Assembly: GCA_958009085.1 (NCBI GenBank)
Contig: OY253688.1
Span: 682,001-718,597 of the forward strand
DNA from: Protoeuglena noctilucae
Taxonomy: Eukaryota
Direction: 5' to 3'
DNA: 36,597 nucleotides
In this document: positions 32,423-36,597 of the stretch, in pieces
Position numbering within the stretch: position 1 is the first letter of the stretch
Layout: every line of letters starts with the position of its first letter
The notes under the pieces: model-generated
Database searches by the model: none
Told to the model about the DNA's origin: nothing
The model's input: only the letters and a program-made list of their open reading frames with translations
Made by a program: the position numbers and the translations under genes

Positions 32423-35400
32423 TCAGTTGTGGATGCCGAGCCGCTGCAGGTCTTGGTCGATGTGGGCCTCCCCCGCCCCGGGCCGGTGGTCCTCCGGCTT
32501 CATGGCGGGGAACAGCAGCACCTCCTTGATGTTCTGGGGAAGCGAGAACGCGAGGATGGCGCTCGCGGACGGTGGCAGCCCATCGTGACGAGCAGCAACG
32601 TATTCACCACCCAAGACAGCAGCGCTGGCATGCTTGGCGTCTTCTGCCACGCACGAACCCCGCCCCCACTCGCCTGGGTGTCGGTGAGGAGCATGCACAT
32701 GCGGTCGATGCCCAGCCCCCACCCCCCCGTGGGCGGCAGGCCGTACTCGAGCGCCGTGCAGAAGTTCTCGTCGATGAACATGGCCTCGTCGTCGCCCTCC
32801 GCCTTGGCCAGCGCCTGCTGGGCGAACAGGTCCCGCTGCTTGAGGGGGTCGTTCAACTCTGCAAGTGGGGGGCGAGGGGGGGCGCGTGTCGTGGCAGGCG
32901 CTCCAGCGGGAGCGAGGATGGAAGCCCAATCCATGCGCGATAGCCACTTTACACCGCTCACCCGTGTACGCGTTGCACATCTCCTTCTTGTTGATGAAGA
33001 GCTCGAAGCGCTCCGTCTGCCCCGGCCGCGACCGGTGGTACTTGGCGAGGGGTGACATGATCTGGGGGTGGTCGCAGATGAACGTGGGGTTGACGCACTG
33101 GGACTCGAGGTACTCGGCCACCAGGGTGTCGAGGAGGCGGGCCGTGGTGCGGGGGGTTGGGCAGTCGAGGCCACGGCTTGACACCTGCGGGAAGGGAGGG
33201 AGGGGGCCAACGGGTCGGAGACGGGGCGGCGAGGGGAGCGCGGAAAGGGGGGCATACGCAAAGAGTGCGGGACGCGCCACAGTGGCAGGGCCACGCGGCG
33301 CAACACCACGACCAGGCGATGGCTATGACCTATGCACAACCGCCACCCCCCACTGCTCACCTCCCTGTCGAGGAACGCCCTGCACTCGTCTCCGTCGAAG
33401 TCCTTGGGGATAACGATGTTCAGCGCCTGCTCGAGCCCCTCCACCATGGAGATGCGCCGCCAGGGGGGCGAGAAGTCGATCTCAATGGGGTCCGCGTCTG
33501 GCCCGTTGGCGTGGTACTGGATCTTGTAGCTCCCCTTGATCTCCCGCACCATCTCCGACAGCATGTGCTCCGTCAGGTCCATCAGGTCGTGGTAATCGGC
33601 ATAGGCCATGTAGAACTCACACGTCGTGAACTCGGGGTTGTGCGTCAGGTCGATGCCCTCGTTGCGGAACTGCTTGCCGATCTCGTACACCCTGCGAGCG
33701 ATACGACGGGCAGCGTGTATCACCCAGGCCCTCCCCCAGCGGTGCATCGACAGGTCCGCGCCCGTGCGCCCTGCCCCCCCTCGCGCCCCTCGCCTCTCGA
33801 GCCCCCCCACAACGAGCATCTTGAGGTAGAGCTCGGGCGCGATGCGCATAAACAGCTTCATCTTGAGGTCGTTGTGGTAGGTCACGAACGGGCGCGCGGC
33901 CGCCCCCCCCGGGATCATGTTCATCATGGGCGTCTCCACCTCCAGGAAGTCGCGGTCGTCGAGGTAGCGGCGCACGAAGCGGGTGATGCGGGAGCGAGTC
34001 TGGAAGATCTGGCGCACGGGCGTGTTGACCATCAGGTCCAGGTATCGCTGGCGGTACCGCGTCTCTTGGTCCGTCAGGCCCACGAACTTGGCGGGGGGCA
34101 TGTGCAGGCAGGGGGACTGAGGGAGAAGAGAAATGACGCGATCAGACCCAAGGCGAGAGCAGTCGACCCCTGTGACCCTGCTGCAGCCGCATCGCGTCCC
34201 TCACCAGCACCACCATCGACGTGGGGAACACGGACAGCTCGCCCTTCTTGGTCTTGCCGGGGAAGCCACGGATGCCGACGATGTCCCCGCGGTGCACGGA
34301 CGCGTGCTGCGGGCAGCGACGCGCGGGCTGGCAGTCATATAGAACGCGTCATGGCAGGTGCGGGGGTGACCTGCCAGCGCGCACAGCCCCGTGCCCGCCC
34401 CTCACCAGCGCCCGGAACCCCTCCTCGTCGAGGCCCTCCGCCGTCTGCAGGCTGGCCATGACCTGCGCGTGGGGAGGAGCTGCCGGTCACGCTGCGCATA
34501 TTACAGCAGCCCAGAGTCACCGCCGCTGACGGGGCTGGTGAACCGGGTCGGCATGTCCCCCGGTACGTAAGCCCCGCGCGGGTGGTGCGCCCCTCGCGGC
34601 ACTGAATGCCGGGTCAGCCGCGCCCGTGGGCACCAGCCATAGCTCTAGGCGCTCAACGGAGGGGGGCGGCGGTGGAGGGCACGCCGCCCACCCCTTGGGG
34701 CGCCTCGCTGGTGGAGTCGAGCGGGAAGTGGCAAGCGAGGCAGGAGTCGTAAGCGTGTGCTGCCCCCGCCAGGGTAACAACCTACCCCGCACTCGCCTGG
34801 ATCTTGACCCCGTCGGCCTTGAGGTCGTAGAAGACGAGCTTGGCCCCCGAGGAGCGCTTCAGCATCACGCGTCCCGCCACCGACAGCGGCACTTCCGTCA
34901 GCTGCAAGGGCGACGGCGTAGCAGGCGTGGGAGGGCAGCACAGCTGGCGGGGCTGGCAGTGGGTGGCGGTGGCTGTGCCGCCGCGGGGCGCCTCGCCTGC
35001 GCGCCAGCCTCCAGATCTGAGTACTTGGCCACGATCTCTGGCAGCCGCGTGTCCACGTGGAACTTGTGCGGGTAGGGGTTGTCGCCCGCCGCCTTGCGCG
35101 CCACCACCGCCCGGCAGCGGTTCTCGAAGTACGCCGTCGGGTCCAGCTCCTCCTCCGCCACCTCCGCGTCGGCCTTCTTTGACGCGGGAGGGGCCGCCTG
35201 CGGGGGCCGGGCCAGGGGCCAAGCGCAGGATCGCACACCACGCCCGTCGGCATCGGGTCTGCACGCCCCTGGAGCCGACCTGGACCGGCGCCCCCCGCAC
35301 CTCGGCCTGCTTCGCCTTCTTCTCCGCACGCTCCTTCGCGACGCGAGCCGCCTTCTGCCGCTTCTTGAACTCGCTGCGGGGGCGGTGGGGTCGCGGGTCG

Positions 35401-35713
35401 GGCGCCGCGCCCGCTGGGGATCCTGCGCCCCGCGGATCGCCCAGCCGGGGCGCCCGCAGCCCCGGAGGCGCGCTGTCCCATCCGTGATCGCACGGCCTCG
35501 CGCGGGGTCCGGGGGATCGCGACGGAGGCCGCATCCGGGCCCCCCGCGAGGGGCGCGGCGGCTAGCCGGATTGGGGCGGCGCGTGGAATCCCCGGGCAGC
35601 GCGCCCCCGCGTCCCTAGGACAGGGCCCCTCCCCACCTCTTCGACATCGGGTTCCCGTCCTCATCCCGGAGGTCCTCGGACCAGTTCTCGGGGAGAGCGT
35701 ACTCGGCGCTCAT
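32423..35713 (-). CDS. KARS1: Cytosolic class II lysyl-tRNA synthetase, ~595 aa
   Basis: Exons 35713-35637, 35373-35301, 35197-34997, 34901-34797, 34462-34406, 34306-34205, 34116-33794, 33691-33361, 33184-32962, 32858-32674, 32533-32423. It has the eukaryotic N-extension [18 protein letters not shown], an OB-fold ([20 protein letters not shown]), [57 protein letters not shown] and [12 protein letters not shown]. Four of 10 introns are GC-AG. Confidence 0.98.
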
Positions 35714-35959
35714 GGCTGCGGACGCACGTCTCCCGAGCTGGCGTCTGACGCCGAGAATGAACGCTCCGCCGCAAGGGGGGCGCGAGGCGGAGGTGCTGTG
35801 CGATCCGGGAGTGCGAAGGGACGTCGCTGCCGCACCGCAGAGTCTCAAACGCGGCGGGGTGACACGTTTTAACGAGAAGAGGCCGCAGACCGGTCGGAAG
35901 GGGCGTCAGGGCCCTCAGGCGCTCAACTGGCGACCGCGAGGTTTGCCCTGGCTTGTCTG

Positions 35960-35978
35960 GTTTATATATCATAATTTT
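35960..35978. promoter_or_regulatory. TATA-like AT-rich element upstream of tRNA-Lys and LysRS
   Basis: tttatatatcataatttt, ~40 bp upstream of the tRNA; the main AT-rich patch in the GC-rich divergent interval. Confidence 0.5.
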
Positions 35979-36004
35979 CCCTAGTTGCTGTCCTTGGAAG
36001 CCGC

Positions 36005-36078
36005 GCCCTTCTAGCTCAGTTGGCCAGAGCGCGCGGCTTTTAACCGCGTGGTCAGGGGTTCGAATCCTCTGAAGGGCA
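36005..36078 (+). tRNA. tRNA-Lys(TTT): tRNA-Lys, anticodon UUU, intronless
   Basis: Acceptor stem GCCCTTC/GAAGGGC; D-arm GCTC...GAGC; anticodon stem CGCGG/CCGCG with loop CTTTTAA (TTT at 36039-36041); T-arm AGGGG-TTCGAAT-CCTCT; discriminator A. Confidence 0.97.
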
Positions 36079-36108
36079 GGCACGCGAGCTCGCATTCGGA
36101 GCCGTCCC

Positions 36109-36112
36109 TTTT
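36109..36112 (+). terminator. Probable RNA polymerase III terminator (TTTT)
   Basis: First T4 run, 30 nt downstream of the tRNA. Confidence 0.5.
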
Positions 36113-36313
36113 GGCGCCCCTGTTGCGCGAGCCTAGCTCGTGCGGCGAGGATCCTGGGGGGACTCACGGAAGGCCGGGGGGACTCGGACGCGCGATGGCG
36201 CGATCCGCCGGCCGCCTCCTCGTGGCGCCCTCTGGACACCGCGCCTTTATGGCCGGTGACGAAGAGCCGGTTCACAAAAAATGGCGCGGTGGCGCGCAGT
36301 GCGGTGGTTCGGC

Positions 36314-36597
36314 GGTTAGGGTCAGGGTTTTAGGGTAGGGTTAGGTAGGTAGGATAGGGTAGGATTAGGGGTAGTTTTTTGGGTTAGGTCAGGGTAGGTA
36401 GGGTTAGGGTTTGGGGTTAGGGTAGGGTTAGGGTTAGGGTTAGGGTTAGGGTTAGGGGTTAGGGTTAGGGTTAGGGTTAGGGTTAGGGTTAGGGTTAGGG
36501 TTAGGGTTAGGGTTAGGGTTAGGGTTAGGGTTAGGGTTAGGGTTAGGGTTAGGGTTAGGGTTAGGGTTAGGGTTAGGGTTAGGGTTAGGGTTAGGGT
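36314..36597 (+). repeat. Telomere (TTAGGG)n with a degenerate proximal zone
   Basis: Variant units (TCAGGG, TAGGG, TAGG, TTTTAGGG, TTTGGGG) at 36314-36427, then near-perfect TTAGGG to the end. The G-strand runs toward the end, as expected for a right chromosome terminus. Confidence 0.98.

Noticed and set aside
10354..32425. All eight visible stop codons are TGA, hinting at TAA/TAG reassignment as in some ulvophytes
   Set aside because: I found no in-frame TAA or TAG in any reconstructed exon, and TGA bias is expected at high GC. Eight stops are too few to conclude anything.
25448..35664. Long ORFs antisense to or overlapping real genes (e.g. 25448-26539 +, 33157-34461 +, 34645-35664 -; likewise 10975-12108 + and 20927-21976 -)
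   Set aside because: Shadow ORFs caused by high GC3 and stop-poor sequence; no recognisable domains.
185..35713. Possible amino-acid/nitrogen gene cluster (ASS, ASNS, LysRS)
   Set aside because: The genes are separated by unrelated ones over 35 kb with no shared motif seen; compatible with chance in a gene-dense genome.
36275..36312. tRNA-like A-box/GGTTCG fragments just before the telomere
   Set aside because: No cloverleaf can be built and the spacing is wrong.
1..36597. CRISPR arrays, transposases or other prokaryotic/mobile systems
   Set aside because: No regularly spaced repeat-spacer array and no transposase, RT or integrase motifs. The short direct repeats are unrelated to each other and tied to splice junctions.

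Overview
Eukaryotic, GC-rich, intron-dense chromosome end, most likely from a green alga (inference from gene content, organellar presequences and intron style). It ends in a (TTAGGG)n telomere. Splicing by hand gives 10 protein-coding genes: argininosuccinate synthase (partial, +); an NRAMP metal transporter with a long C-terminal tail (-); a class I histone deacetylase (+); a DUF3110-like protein (-); a ~1130-aa coiled-coil protein (+); asparagine synthetase (-); a Roadblock/LC7 dynein light chain (-); a probable complex I NDUFB2 subunit (-); a small Cys/His-rich protein (-); and cytosolic lysyl-tRNA synthetase (-). A tRNA-Lys(UUU) gene lies head-to-head with LysRS, just inside the telomere. 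A 200-N gap is at 1521-1720. Most ORFs in the supplied track are artefacts of GC-rich or low-complexity DNA. The most unusual signals are: (1) about 13 of 75 introns carry a decayed copy of their own flanking exon edge, usually including the splice junction; (2) about 17 of 75 introns use GC-AG; (3) many introns are G-rich at the 5' end and C-rich at the 3' end, within CpG-depleted domains; (4) the synthetase and its cognate tRNA form a divergent pair; (5) the NRAMP has an EIN2-like architecture; (6) asparagine synthetase has a transit-peptide-like C-terminal tail. All exon models and counts are manual and lack RNA evidence.
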